A stretch of 64,000 nucleotides of DNA from Octopus sinensis (GCF_006345805.1 NC_043011.1:44156464-44220463); one strand, 5' to 3'. Shown: positions 12,693 through 25,401, counted from the stretch's first letter. Program-made: numbers and translations. Notes: a model not told the origin generated them from the letters alone.

Positions 12693-12744
12693 GTCTTACG
12701 GCTGTTTCCAGGATATTTATTAATTATATCTCTTCATCAGAGAC
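12693..12744 (-). ncRNA. Minimal type-I hammerhead ribozyme motif
   Basis: Minus strand reads GUCU-CUGAUGA-agaGAUAU(aauuaauaa)AUAUCcug-GAAA-C(agcc)GUA/AGAC: canonical core, 4-bp stem I, GUA triplet. Confidence 0.68.
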
Positions 12745-13529
12745 GGTGTGAGAGGATGGTTAAGTAATAGTTAATTTAGACGGGATACAAAATAGAGAGT
12801 GAGGTGGAGGAAAGAAAATAGATGTGAGATATGTAGGGACATTGAAGTTGTAGATCCATTTTTTAGGCAGAATGGTGTATATGTAAGATTCCAATACCTT
12901 ATGTGAAGAATCCAACAGCATTTAAAATTGTTCATTCCAAATATAGAGTTTAAAATTGTTCATTCCACACACCACACTGAGGAAAAGAGAGGGTGTGGTG
13001 TTTGTGCTACACACATGCCAATTGTTCACATGCAGGTGTAAATATGATTGGAGCTGTGCCAGTGCTGCATAGAAGCTCCCATGTTGGTGTCACGTTAAAG
13101 TACCCAGTACACACTGTAGGGTGGTTGACATTAGGAGGGCATCCAACTGTAGAAGCCATGTCAAAACAGACAAGTGGGGCCCGGGCTGCCCTCGAGCTGG
13201 CCAACTCTTGGCAAACCTGTCCAACCCATGCCAGTATGGAGAACAGACATTAAAAGATGATGATGATGATGGTGTTGGTAGTCATATTTTCTACATCAAC
13301 GAGAATTATCTCCCTTACATCTACGCTTCTCCCTCCCCACCTCCTTTTCATTTGCTTTTTATATTCTTCAAATCAAGTTACCCTTGCCCCACCTTTGACT
13401 ATGATGCTAATTACAATGGCACTTAATGCATACCACACACACACACACGTACGCGTACACTCATACACATACACACACGTGTGTGCAGAATCAAGGTGAC
13501 AACATCTGTATATTTTTGTGCAACTCTCT

Positions 13530-13875
13530 CTTTTCACTCTTTCACTTGTTTCAGTCATTTTGACTGGCCATGCTGGAGCACCGCCTTTAGTCGAGCAAAT
13601 CGACCCCAGGACTTATTCGTTGTAAGCCTAATACTTATTCTATCAGTCATTTTGCCGAACCACTAAGTTACGGGGACATAAACACACCAGCATCGGTTGT
13701 CAAGCGATGTTGGGGGGATAAACACAGACACACAAACATACACACACATATACATAGTTTCCGTCTACCAAATCCACTCACAAGGCTTTGGTCGGCCTGA
13801 GGCTATAGCAGAAGACACTTGCCCAAGGTGCCATGTGGTTGGTAAGCAAGCTACTTACCACACAGCCACTCCTGC
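13530..13875 (-). mobile_element. SINE family D with internal microsatellite
   Basis: Reverse complement of the family seen at 32323-32750; tail ggcggtgctccagcatggcc. Confidence 0.85.
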
Positions 13876-14407
13876 ACCGGTTAATTCAGACACCTTTTTT
13901 CTCTCTTTTTTTTCCCTCTCTCCATCTGTTTCCTTTCCTCATTTCATTTAGGCTCAAAACATCAAAGACTCTTACATTTTACCTGAGTGTCACACTAATA
14001 CACCTTGTTTGTCATTCCCTCACCTGTCTCTGTCTTTCATTTCTTGTTTTTATTTTTGCACAACTTTGGACTATATGTCACGTAAAAAAGCACCTGCCAC
14101 ACTCTTGGAGTGGTTGGCATTAGGAAGGGCATCCAGCTGTAGAAACTGTGCCAAATCAGATTGGAACCTGGTGCAGCTCCCTGGCTTACCAGTTTTCAGT
14201 CAAACCGTCCACCCCATGCTAGCATGGAAAAACGGAAGTTAAATGATGATGATGATGATATATAATCATTTAATGCCTGTCTTCCTTGCTGGCATGGGTT
14301 GGACTGTTTCAAGGGACAAAGGACTGTGCTAAGCTCCACTGTCTTGCTTTGGCAGGGTTTTTTTGCTACTGGATTCCCTTCCTAATGCCAACCACTGTAC
14401 AGAGAAC

Positions 14408-14438
<31 letters not shown>

Positions 14439-14785
14439 TATACATATATTGTTGGTTGTTGTTGGCATCCTTTTTGTCTTGGGAGACAATGGAGTTGCAC
14501 ATAAAATAATCTAGTCCGGCTTTTACATTTCATGTCCTAATACATTTCCTGCTGTGGCTGTGTAATCCTATCCTGGACAAACATATATATATGTGTCATT
14601 TTAATGATTTGCAATACATTGATACATACGTGTTGAAAAAAACTGAAAATATCTTTGGTATGGGAATTGCGAATCTGTGGCCCTCCTTTCCTTGCCAAAT
14701 TAATTAGAGAAATGAATTTGGTCTTACCTTGGCTCATTCTGGCACAGGTCCCAACAAATCTCTCTGGTCCCATTCATTCAAATCT

Positions 14786-15000
<215 letters not shown>

Positions 15001-15044
15001 GATAAAAACACAAATATTATGTATATTATACATACATACATATA

Positions 15045-15330
15045 TATCGTCGTTCATCGTTTAACGTCCGCTTTCCATGCTAGCATGGGTTGGACGATGT
15101 GACTAAGGTCTGGCAAACCAGATGGCTGCACCAGGCTACAATCTTGATCTACAGCTGAATGCCTTTCCTAACGCCAACCACTCCGGGAGTGTAGTGGGTG
15201 CTTTTACGAGCCACTGACACCAGGGTCAGTCAGTCAGTACTGGCAACGGCCATGCTCAAATGGTGCTTTTTTATATGCCACATGCATAGGAGCCAGTCCA
15301 GCAGCACTGGCAACGACCTCGCTCCAATGT
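15045..15330 (-). mobile_element. Family E repeat (RTE-like 3' end: gggcatccagctgtagaaac ... gcatggaaagcggacgttaaa(cga/tga)n)
   Basis: Copies near 14095, 20065(-), 30688(-), 40605, 52000(-), 55490(-), 57865, 60975, 62690(-). The RTE affinity is an inference from the tail. Confidence 0.8.
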
Positions 15331-15800
15331 TTCCATATATATATATATATATATTTGTATATATATTTGTATATATATATGTATGATGTTCGTGTGTATT
15401 ATGTAAATTATTAAAATAGCAATCTGTATGTAACCTACTTAAAGCAGATACATCATGGAAAGCCTAATTATGTGTGGTATTCATCCTCAGCATGTCTTTG
15501 ATAGGTGTGCAGTGTTCACCAATGGCCTCTTTCTGCTGACAAAGCTTAGAGGTAGAAATGCACATTTAACAATACCACCACCACTGCTGGATAATTTTAC
15601 TCTCCTACTGATATATCTCTGTGTTTTTTTAACGCTCTATGTTCAAAACAGATACTATCAGTGGGGTGGGGTGCAAACACAGCAGTTAATTTGTCTTTCT
15701 GTAATGTATCTACTTTAAGTATAATACACAGCTTGCCATTTTAAACCAAGGATTCTTATGTTGCACATAAGGAATTATTGTGTTTTTTTTTTTTTTATAG

Positions 15801-15894
15801 GAATCAAAAGTCTTGAATGAGAAAAACACAACCCTCAACCAGAAACTTCTTAGTGCTCAGTCGAAGATAAAAGATGATGAAGGGAAAATTGAAG
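15801..15894 (+). CDS. Myo5: Myosin V exon: coiled coil (ESKVLNEKNTTLNQKLLSAQSKIKDDEGKIE)
   Basis: Poly-T tract then atag| ... gaag|gttatt; phase 0 to 1 matches the flanking exons. Confidence 0.82.
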
Positions 15895-16310
15895 GTTATT
15901 TTCTTAAATTTTTTTTATTATTGTTATTAATATCAACAAACAAATCTGTTTGTTGATATCACATGGTCAGAGGTCTGAGATGACGATGTGATATGATATC
16001 TGAGAGGATCTTATAATGGGTGATATGTGATGATCATGTGGTGTAATGCAGCACCATATCTGAGATGTTCATGAGGTATCATGTAGAAAATTTATGATGT
16101 TCATATGGTATCATATGGTAAAATATATGAGAAGATTATGTCATTCGAGATCTGATGATTATGTGGTGTCAGATTTGTAATCATGTTACCATGTGGTAGG
16201 AGATCTAAGATGATTGTGTGTATCAGATCTGTGATAATCATCTGATAAAAGATGACAGTTATCTTATATAGTAAGAGGCTTGCGATGATGATGACAAATT
16301 ATCATGTTGT

Positions 16311-16357
<47 letters not shown>

Positions 16358-16394
16358 CCCATGTCACCATGGATGGCAGATGTTAAATGGTGAT

Positions 16395-16912
16395 GATAAC
16401 TGATTGGAAGTGTTATCATGTATGTTTTGTTTTAATATAAAAGATGGACTAAATATTCTGTTCAGTACCACAGATTTGCTTGTCAGTTGCTTGACCTCAG
16501 CCAGTTGACTGTGTCCCTTGGTGGCTGACAATATATGTATCTCTGATTATGAGCAGAAGTAGGTAGGGAGCATCATAGCTATGTGTTGAGAGGGATTCTT
16601 TGGGGCTTGGATAATTTACTGCTGGAAACATGGGTGTTTAGTTCATTACCCTTAAACAAACTTTATTCAGGGACCTTTTGAGTGAGATGGATACTTGACC
16701 TGAATAAAATTCTAGATGGGCCCCACTGGCAAGGTCATGTGCTTTTATCTTGATATGAGATCACCATGTCGCGCACATACGGTTGTGATGCATGTGCCTG
16801 GTGTACCCTTATCAGACGAGTAGTCATGATGTGTATACTGGGTTCGTATATTTTACCCCAGTGTCACTTTGATGGCATTCACTGCTCTCTCACTCAATAA
16901 TAATAATTATCA
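16395..16912 (+). mobile_element. LINE-like 3' end repeat with (AAT)n tail, copy 1 of 3
   Basis: Shared ~550-bp sequence ending gcactgctctctcactcaataataat; other copies at 17195-17850 and 21769-22401. Confidence 0.8.
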
Positions 16913-17123
16913 TTTCTACTAAAGGCACAAGGCTTGAAATTTGGGAGAGGAGGCTAGTTGAGTACATTGCTCCCAGTATGCAACTGGTACTTACTTTATC
17001 AACCCCCCAAAAGGATGAAAGGCAAAGTTGACCTCAGCAGAATTTGAACTCAGATTATAGCAATGGGTGAAATACCGCCAAGCATTTCATCAAGTTTGCT
17101 AACGACTCAGCCAGCTTGCTGCC

Positions 17124-17155
<32 letters not shown>

Positions 17156-17194
17156 TATTATTATTATTATAATGATGATGATGGTGATGATGCC

Positions 17195-17850
17195 CTGATG
17201 CAGTACCAGAAGTGGCTCTCATAGCTTCTCATCTTAACTGTTTGGAAGTGTTGTCATGTACATTGCTTTGTCTTGGTATAAAAGATGGGCTACAGCAAAT
17301 ATTCTGCTCAATACCACAGATTTGCTTGTCAGTTGTTTGACCTTAACCAGTTGAGCAAACTCAGTCCAACCATGACCATCCTGAACAGAACCTACATTAG
17401 GCAATGTATCCTTCTTTAAAACAATCAGATGTGATCGGAAGAAGATTTGGCTGACGACATGTCCATCTCTGATCATCAACAGAAATTGTGGGGGAGCATC
17501 ATAGCCATGTGTTGAGAGGGTTTCTTTGGGGTTTGAATAATTCACCTCTGGAAACATGGGTGTTTCATTCAACATCCTTAAACAACCCTTATTCAGGGAC
17601 CTTTTGAGCAGGATGGGTTACTTGACCAGAAGAAAATTCTAACTGAGTCCCACCTGCAAGGTCATGCGCTGTTTATCTTGATATGAGATCACCATGTCGC
17701 GCACATATGGTTGTGATGCATGTGCTTGGTAAATCCTTCTCAGACAGGTGGTCATGATGGGTATACTGGGCTTCGAATATTTTATCCCAGTGTCACTTTG
17801 ATGGCATGCACTGCTCTCTCACTCAATAATAATAATAACAATAACAATAA
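17195..17850 (+). mobile_element. LINE-like 3' end repeat, copy 2, carrying a 97-bp foreign insert
   Basis: Aligns with copies 1 and 3 except at 17357-17453. Confidence 0.8.
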
Positions 17851-17889
17851 TTTTCAATCTTTCACATTTCTATTGTTTTCTTTCCTCAG

Positions 17890-18188
17890 AATATGTGCAG
17901 AAAATTGAATCACTGACAGCTGTTGACAGACAGAAAGACATGGACATTGAGAAAGCCCACCATGAGAAAATGATGCATGATTACGAACAACTAAAGCAAC
18001 TCTACGACAACCTGCGGCACGAAATGACAGTACTGAAGCAGAGCCACCATCGTACACCTTCAGACCACAGCACAATCAGCTTTGAGTCGGCTGAGGAGGA
18101 GGTGCCTCCTGCTGAAGTTGAGGAAGATGAGGAACAACTGGCCGCCAATATTGTAGCTGAGGTGGTAGCGGAACAAGACGACAAGGAG
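17890..18188 (+). CDS. Myo5: Myosin V exon: end of first coiled coil and acidic PEST-like linker (YVQKIESL...HHRTPSDHSTISFESAEEEVPP...QDDKE)
   Basis: tttcctcag| ... gag|gtaatt; phase 1 to 0; HRTPSDHSTIS resembles HKRTDSTHSS of Myo5a. Confidence 0.9.
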
Positions 18189-21100
18189 GTAATTTAATAG
18201 ATCCTAGTGTGTGTTAATGACCGGTAGGGACACGGTATTTCGTTATGCAACCATAACATATTACTACTACAAAGTGTGAAGGCACATGGCTCGGTGGTTA
18301 GAGCATCAGGCTTACCATCATGTGGTTGTGAGTTCAATTCCTGGACCGAGTTGCGTTGTGTTCTTGAGTGAGACACTTTATTTCACATTGCTCCAGTTCA
18401 CTCATCTGTAGAGATGAGCTGTGATGTCATTGGTGCCAAGCTGTATCAGCCTTTGCCTTTCCCTTGGATGACATCAGTGGTATGGAGAGGAGAGGCTGGT
18501 ATGCATGGGTGACTGCTCGTCATCCATAAAAAAAACAACCTTGCTTGGACTTGTGCTTTGGAGAGGAACTTTCTAGGTGCAATCCCATCGTCATTCGTGA
18601 CAAAAGAAGGGTCTTTGTACTTCAAAGTGTATTAAACGTTTTTTAATACCATGTCAATACTCTACTGTGTTAGCAGTGCTATTAAATCACTTGTTAAGGG
18701 TATCTCTACAGACTTTCTATAGAAATTATGGCTAACACTGATTTTGTCACAATGGTTTGTATCCAAGATGCCTGATATAAGCAACAATAATGTGATTGAA
18801 ATGAAAAATGAGTAATGGGTGTTACAAAATCAGTGCTGCCTGTGATTCCTATAGAAGATCTGCAGGGCTAACGTTGACAAGTGATCTAGTGTGTGTGGTC
18901 TAGTGTTTAGGGTTTTTGCACCCACAGTTGCAAGGCCATGGTTTCAATTCCTAGACTGGGTGGTGTCTTGTGTTGTGGAATAAAAGACTGTAGTGCTAAC
19001 TTTAACAAGTGATCTAGTGTGTGTATTTGTGTGTGGTCTAGTGGTTTGGGTTGTTGCACTCACAGTTGCAAGGTCATGCTTTCAATTCCCGGACTGGGTG
19101 GTGTCTTGCATTGTTGAGTAAAAGACTTCATTTCACATTGCTTGAATTCACTCAGCTTTAAATAGATGACCTTGTGTGACAGACTTGTGTGCCATTCAGG
19201 GCAACGTTGGGATCTTGGTCACTTATGCACCATGGAAACGTGGGAGCTGGCTCCATGTTTCCTACAATTCAAGAAAGTATTTTGTGTGTGTGTGTGGTAT
19301 AACACTATAGGGTTCAGTGATATGTGTGGTGGTGTTACCCTATAAGTTATCTCTGATCAAACTCAGTCCAACCATGACCATCCTGAACAGAACCTATATT
19401 AGGCAATGTATCCTTCTTTAAAACAGTCAGATGTGATTGGAGGAAGATTTGGCTGCTACTTCTAGCAAGTCAAGGTATCATATAATGGTTTCTTTGTTAA
19501 TGTGTGTGGCACCTTCATCGTTAAGAAATCTATGAAATCAATGCCATTCGCAAAGGGAGATCACTCTCACTGCCTTATCTATTATGGCTTAGCCAAGTGT
19601 CAGGACGGAACGCTAAACCACCTTCAGACTAGCTGTATACCATTCTGCAGTTGGTTGTCGATCCACTCCATGTTGGTTACTCTCCCACCGCATCCATCCA
19701 TCCCCCCCCACACACACACATGCCTGTCATTAGATACTCACGCTAGAGTAGTTTCTGACCTTCCAAAGACGATTCGGTTTTGGTTTCATTATTCCGTGTC
19801 TTCAGGCAATGAGCTGGCAGAATTGTTAATGAGTCAGCAAGAGGCTTAGCAGCATTTCCTCTGGCGCTTTGCATTCTGGGTTCAAATTCCACCGTGGCTG
19901 ACTTTGCCTTTCATCCCTTCTGGGGTTGGTTGATAATAAAATAAGTACCACTTGGGTTAATGCAATCAATTAGCCCCATGGTGCAAAATTTCAGGCATGG
20001 TGCCTATAATAGAAAGGATTATTATTGTTAGCATTATTAAGGCAATGAACTGGTACAAATTGTTGACGTCATCTTCGTCATTTAACGCCTGTTTTCCGTG
20101 CTGGCATGGGTTGGGTGGTTTTACAAGATCTGGAAAGCCAGAGTATTGCACCAGGCTTCACTGTCTACTTTGGTATAGTTTTTATGGCTGGATGCCTTCA
20201 CTGACACCAACCACCTTACAGAATTAACTGAGTGCTGTTATAATGTGACCCCAACACCCACAGATTCTGTTTTGGCATGGTTTTCACGGCTGGATGCCCT
20301 TCCTAATGCCAATCACTTTACAAAGTGGCCTCAGACAAAATGCTTAGCAACATTTCGTTTGGCTCTTTACATCGTGGGTTCAAATTCTGCTGGTGTCAGC
20401 TTTGCCTTTTGTCTTTTCGGGGTCAATAAAATGAGTGCTAATTAAACACTGGGGTCAGTGTAATTGACTTACTTCCATCCTTAAAATTTCTGGCCTTGTG
20501 TGCCAAAATTACTCTTGGTCCCTTTTTTTAACTTGTATTACCTGAATGGTACATGAGGATGACATGACGTGATGTGATGTGATGTGGTGGTCAGAAGTTG
20601 CGTGGACTGATCCTCCTTGAACCAGTTTCTGCTTCTTAACTAAACTTTGTTCATATCACCATTGACCCATAAATTGGGAGTGATGGTCACTGGGTTTCTT
20701 GCCCTCAGGTTGTCTGGCTTGTGTATTTCTAGATGTTTCTGTAAACATTGGGATTTCAGATACACATGTGTGTGTGCATATGCTTGTTTGTGTATGTATA
20801 TATGTATATTTATATGTGTGTGTGTGTGTTTCTGTTTTCCTATACACACACTCACACACACACACATACTAACACATACAGAGTATATTCATTATGTAAC
20901 TTCCTTGTTTCAGGATGTGCTAATTTAAACTTGATTAGCAATAATGATGTTAATAAGATAATAATGACCATAATGATAAGAAGGAAGATAACGAAATGAA
21001 CATAGATTAGCAAAAATAAACGAGTTCTATTTTTTGTCCGTCACTTAACATAATTGTTAATCATTTCAATTTTGTTCCTGAAAGCCAAAAATCATCCAGT

Positions 21101-21234
21101 TGTTGAAAGACAGTCATAAGGATTGATATAAACAACAGTTGTACCACATCTACCTCTAAATATATGTATAACCTTACATTATTGTTGCCACTGTTACCAT
21201 TATTTGTAAATGAATTATTGTCTCCACTTCACAG

Positions 21235-21327
21235 GACCAAGGTTATGGGACCAGTAGACGTTCAGACCGACCTGTTCCAGCCGAACGAAAAACCCGACCA
21301 ATCCAAAGACAGCCAACCCTGGATGAA
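21235..21327 (+). CDS. Myo5: Myosin V exon: linker (DQGYGTSRRSDRPVPAERKTRPIQRQPTLDE)
   Basis: tgtctccacttcacag| ... gaa|gtatgt; 93 nt, phase 0 to 0; DxGYG(S/T) resembles an invertebrate Myo5 linker motif (from memory). Confidence 0.82.
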
Positions 21328-21442
21328 GTATGTATAAATTCACTCATTCCATTTAAAAAATCCCTTACAATTTGTAAGGTTTCTTATGCCACTCACTTGA
21401 CAGCTTTATGGTAATAAATGAGGATATAATAATAATAATAAT

Positions 21443-21768
21443 AAAGACCTGGAAATAGAGGTAACTAGAATGTGGAATCTGAAAACAGAAACAATTCCTA
21501 TCATAGTAGGTGCATTAGGCATGATAAAAAAATATTCAGACAAATACATAACAAAAACACCAGGACTTACAACACATATAACATACAGAAAATTGCACTA
21601 CTAGGCACTGCACACATCCTACGCAGAACACTTTCCATACAATAACCATCAGAGCATCACAACAAATCACAGCACATACCCAAGGCACACAGAGCTGCGC
21701 TCGGTAGTGAAGTGAAAGCACGCTATAAAAATAAAACTACTGAATAATAATAATAATAATAATAATAA
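21443..21768 (+). mobile_element. 3' fragment of an R4/Dong-type (restriction-like endonuclease) non-LTR retrotransposon
   Basis: KDLEIEVTRMWNLKTETIPIIVGALGMIKK...(frameshift)...IQKIALLGTAHILRRTLSIQ* (stop at 21645), 3' UTR and (AAT)n tail, inserted in (AAT)n. Confidence 0.8.
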
Positions 21769-22401
21769 ATGTCCTGATGCTGTACCAGACAGTGGCTCTC
21801 ATGACTTCTGATCTTAACTGATTGGAAGTGTTATCATGTACATTGTTTTGTCTTGGTATAAAAGACGGGTTACAGCAAATATTCTGCTCAATACCACAGA
21901 TTTTCTTGTCAGTTGTTTGCCCTTAACCAGTTGAGCACGTCCCTTAGTGGCTGACGATATGTGCATCTCTGATCACGAGCAGAAGTAGTGTGGGAGTATC
22001 ATAGCCATATGTCGAGAGGAATTCTTTGGGGTTTGAATAATTCATCTCTGGAAACATGGGTGTTTTATTCATCATCCTTAAACAACCCTTATTCAGGGAC
22101 ATTTTGATTGGGATGGGCTACTTGACCTAAAGAAAATTCTAGATGGACCTCACCTGCAAGGTCATGCATTGTTTATCTTGGTATGAGATCACCATGTCGT
22201 ACACATATGGTTGTGATGCATGTGCTTAGTAAATCCTTATCAGACATGTTGTCATGATGGTTATGTTGGGTTTCATATATCTGTATCCCAGTATCATTTA
22301 GATGTCATATGCTGCTCTCTCACTCAGTAATAATAACAATAATAATAATAATAATAATAATGATAATAATAATAATGATAATAATAATAATAATAATAAT
22401 A
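21769..22401 (+). mobile_element. LINE-like 3' end repeat, copy 3
   Basis: Aligns with 16395-16912 and 17195-17850; long (AAT)n tail. Confidence 0.8.
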
Positions 22402-23312
22402 ATCCTTTCTACTGTAGGCTGAAATTTGTGGGGAGGAGGTAAGTTGCTTACATCAACCTCAGTATTTCACTGGTACTTAATTTATTAGCCCCAAAAGGAT
22501 GAAAGGCAAAGTCGCCCTCAGCAAAGTTTGAACTCAGAATGTCAAGGCAGATGAAATGCCAATGAACATTTTGCCCAGCATGAAAACAATTCTGCCAGCC
22601 TTAATAATAATAATAATAATAATAATACTTACTTGCTTATGACAGCTTATCAAACGTGATGATAGCATCTCCCACACATTGTTTTCCATGGAAGCAGATG
22701 TGGCTGACAAGACCAAATTCTGTGGGACTGAGGGCAATGAAAGTGACCCTGAACAACCGCCACAAGGGGTTGATCATATTTCCCCCTCCCTCTCTCTTAA
22801 TGCAGTCTCCTACATTTGGATTCAAAGTATTCTATGCTAGCATTACACACAGTCCTCCATACCTTTCGATTATCAGCCAAGGGCTCCAACAAATTGGGAG
22901 GGACACAGCATAAAATGAATGCTTGAGATAGCCATAATAATGATTTCAAATTTTGGCTCAAGGCCAGCAATTTTGGGCGGAAGTAAATCAATTGCATTGA
23001 CCCCCAGAGCTTGTTTGAACATAAAGCAGGTAATATTTTGGCCAAATATGGCCAGTTTAAACAATAAAGGGTCAATGTATTATATTCTACAACTAATTCA
23101 TTAGCCCTAGAATTTCAGTTTGTATCGATAGTCAAGACTATTGAAAAAGTTGCAAGACAACGAAAAGTTTAGGAAAATAAAAATAAGAAATAAGTGGAAA
23201 TTTTACAGGTGAGTGTATTAAATTGTAAGGCACAAAAAGAAAATGACTCTCCCCAGACACAACAGATTATTTCCTAAAGTTAAATCATCTACTGATACGC
23301 ATTCTGTTAGCC

Positions 23313-23476
23313 CAGGGGTTCCCAAACTCTTTAGACCATTGACTCCTTCATGGAATCCTTGACTCCTCATCGATCCCCAGGCATGTACAAGAAAATAAGT
23401 AAATAATAATAGTAATTAAGTAGATGTGCATTTATCAACTCCCAGGAGTCAGTATCACCTACTTTGGATACCCCTG
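23313..23476. mobile_element. hAT-like MITE
   Basis: TIRs caggggttcccaaa / tttggatacccctg (2 mismatches); the 8-bp flanks match only partly. Confidence 0.6.
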
Positions 23477-23612
23477 TTTAGTCAGTATTCACTGGAGTGC
23501 TAACTTATGACACAGCTCAGATTTTTTAAAATCTACTTTTATTTGATGTGTGTGTGTGTGTGTTATAACATTTCATTGCAGTAAAAAGGTTTCTCCTGTT
23601 CTGTATTCTCAG

Positions 23613-23759
23613 CCTGAGAAGGAAGACATCAGTTTGCTGTTGAAGTTACAAAACCACATTAAAGACTTGGAAAAAGAGAACAAACGCCTGGTGACGGAGC
23701 GAGAACGACTCGATGAGGAGAACAAAGATAAAGGAAATACAGTGTACAACACACTAAAG
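23613..23759 (+). CDS. Myo5: Myosin V exon: second coiled coil (PEKEDISLLLKLQNHIKDLEKENKRL...VYNTLK)
   Basis: ctgttctgtattctcag| ... aag|gtaagg; 147 nt; DISLLLKLQ corresponds to DMSLFLKLQKRVTELEQE of Myo5a. Confidence 0.92.
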
Positions 23760-23932
23760 GTAAGGAGAAGTGGAAACATTCATTCTGTTATGCGTGGTGA
23801 GGGTGGATGGTTTGGGGTAGGTTGTAAGCGCATACATATATGTAGGGAGAGTTTATGAAAAAAACAAAAGACGAAGACAGGTTGTGTACAAAACAAACAG
23901 ATATATTAGTATAACGCTCAGGAATAGAAAAA

Positions 23933-23972
23933 GTCTTTTACGTTTCGAGCCTACGCTCTTCCACAGAAAGGG
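23933..23972 (-). ncRNA. Degenerate minimal hammerhead-like motif
   Basis: Minus strand reads CUUU-CUGUGGA-a-GAGC(guag)GCUC-GAAAC-GUA/AAAG; core position 6 is U instead of A. Confidence 0.45.
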
Positions 23973-24154
23973 ACACAGAAAAAACAAGGAGAGAAAAAAA
24001 ATGTGTGTAGTGGCTAACGATCTATCATGGCGACTGATAGGTCGTATTAAAACATATACATCATTGTGCATACATTTATACAGGGATATGTATGTACAAC
24101 TGTTGTATATATAGTTTCTCTCATACCTTACACTCACACAAACAATATATATTT

Positions 24155-24416
24155 AAACAATTGCAGCGTGGAAGGTGTTTATAAACCATTTAAGAAACAC
24201 ACAAAATTCGTTAGATTCACTTCAACATTTAAATTTAATTTGTCAAAATATTTTCGTTGTTTTGAGACCGTGACCTGTTCACTGACAAAATTCCGTGCTG
24301 CATCTCAAAGCGACGAAAATATTTTGACAAATTAAATTTAAATGTTGAAGTGAATCTAACGGAATTTTTTGTGCTTCTTAAATGGCTTATAAACACCTTC
24401 CATGCTGCAGTTGTTT
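24155..24416. repeat. Foldback, ~113-bp arms
   Basis: 24155-24268 is the reverse complement of 24303-24416 with scattered mismatches. Confidence 0.9.
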
Positions 24417-24535
24417 TTGTTCCAGTACACGATCTCAGATCAGGTCACTTGCTATGCAAGTACATCTCCATAATATATATATATATATAGGAAAGAGGGT
24501 TTGAAAATGCAGAGGTCTTTTAAAGATGTTTATTG

Positions 24536-24578
24536 ACTTGACCAGTTTCACTTTTTTTTAAAAAAGATTATCAAAAGT
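24536..24578 (-). ncRNA. Minimal hammerhead-like motif with U3-A8 core (left arm of inverted repeat)
   Basis: Minus strand reads ACUU-UUGAUAA-u-CUUUUUUAAAAAAAAG-u-GAAA-CUG-GUC/AAGU: 4-bp stem I, GUC triplet. Confidence 0.5.
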
Positions 24579-25006
24579 AAAATGTAAAGCTTTGTTGTGT
24601 TAAAAAATGCTTATCACAAAAGTATTAATATACAGTTATACAGTCTTTGATAATGATAAGAAAATATTAAATAGAATCCTGCCTTGTACAAGACAGGAGA
24701 TGAAGGATGGAAAGGTTGGTCATTCCCCTAAAATTCTGTATAAATACTTAAATATGATTCCTTCTGTATATATGCTTCTGTACAACCATGATTTTTGATA
24801 AACTTAAAATAATTATAAATTTATTTTACTACCTATTTTGAACACTTTCATGTAAACTGTTTAAACAAAAAGCCCCTCTTAACATTTTCTTATCATTGTC
24901 AATGATTCTATTTTTTTAATATTTTCTTATCATTATCAAAGCCTCTATAACTGTATTTTAATACAACTAAGATAGTCATTTTTAACACTACAAAGCTTTA
25001 CATTTT

Positions 25007-25047
25007 ACTTTTGATAATCTTTTTTTAAAAAAGTGAAACCGGTCAAA
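25007..25047 (+). ncRNA. Second copy of the U3-A8 hammerhead-like motif (right arm)
   Basis: acuu-UUGAUAA-u-CUUUUUUUAAAAAAG-u-GAAA-CCG-GUC/aaac: palindromic ACCGGU stem III, stem I reduced to 2 bp. Confidence 0.4.
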
Positions 25048-25364
25048 CAGCTTTAAAAGACCTCTGCATTTTCAAATCCTCTTACCTGTATATTTTCACT
25101 CATGTGGTACCTTGCAGGTTTACTTTGTTTTATATATATATATATATATACCTCTACACACTCAATAATACTATAAAAAGAGTCAAAATTCCTACAAAAG
25201 TTCAATTTGAAAACTCCACTAGAGTGGATGAAAGCGCTAATATATGATATATGTTTTATAAAAACATGGAACATACTAATAAATATCTGTAAATATAAAA
25301 CCATCCAGATTTCTGAGTACCTCATTTCTTCTAATATATAATACCTGTACATCATCTTCAAACC

Positions 25365-25401
<37 letters not shown>

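Larger units (their letters stand above)
24489..25087. repeat. Inverted repeat, ~190-bp arms with ~225-bp spacer
   Basis: 24489-24678 versus 24904-25087; both arms contain the U3-A8 hammerhead-like motif. Confidence 0.85.

Noticed and set aside
23582-23612. Upstream alternative acceptor (tttcattgcag) for exon 23613
   Set aside because: Introduces an immediate in-frame TAA.
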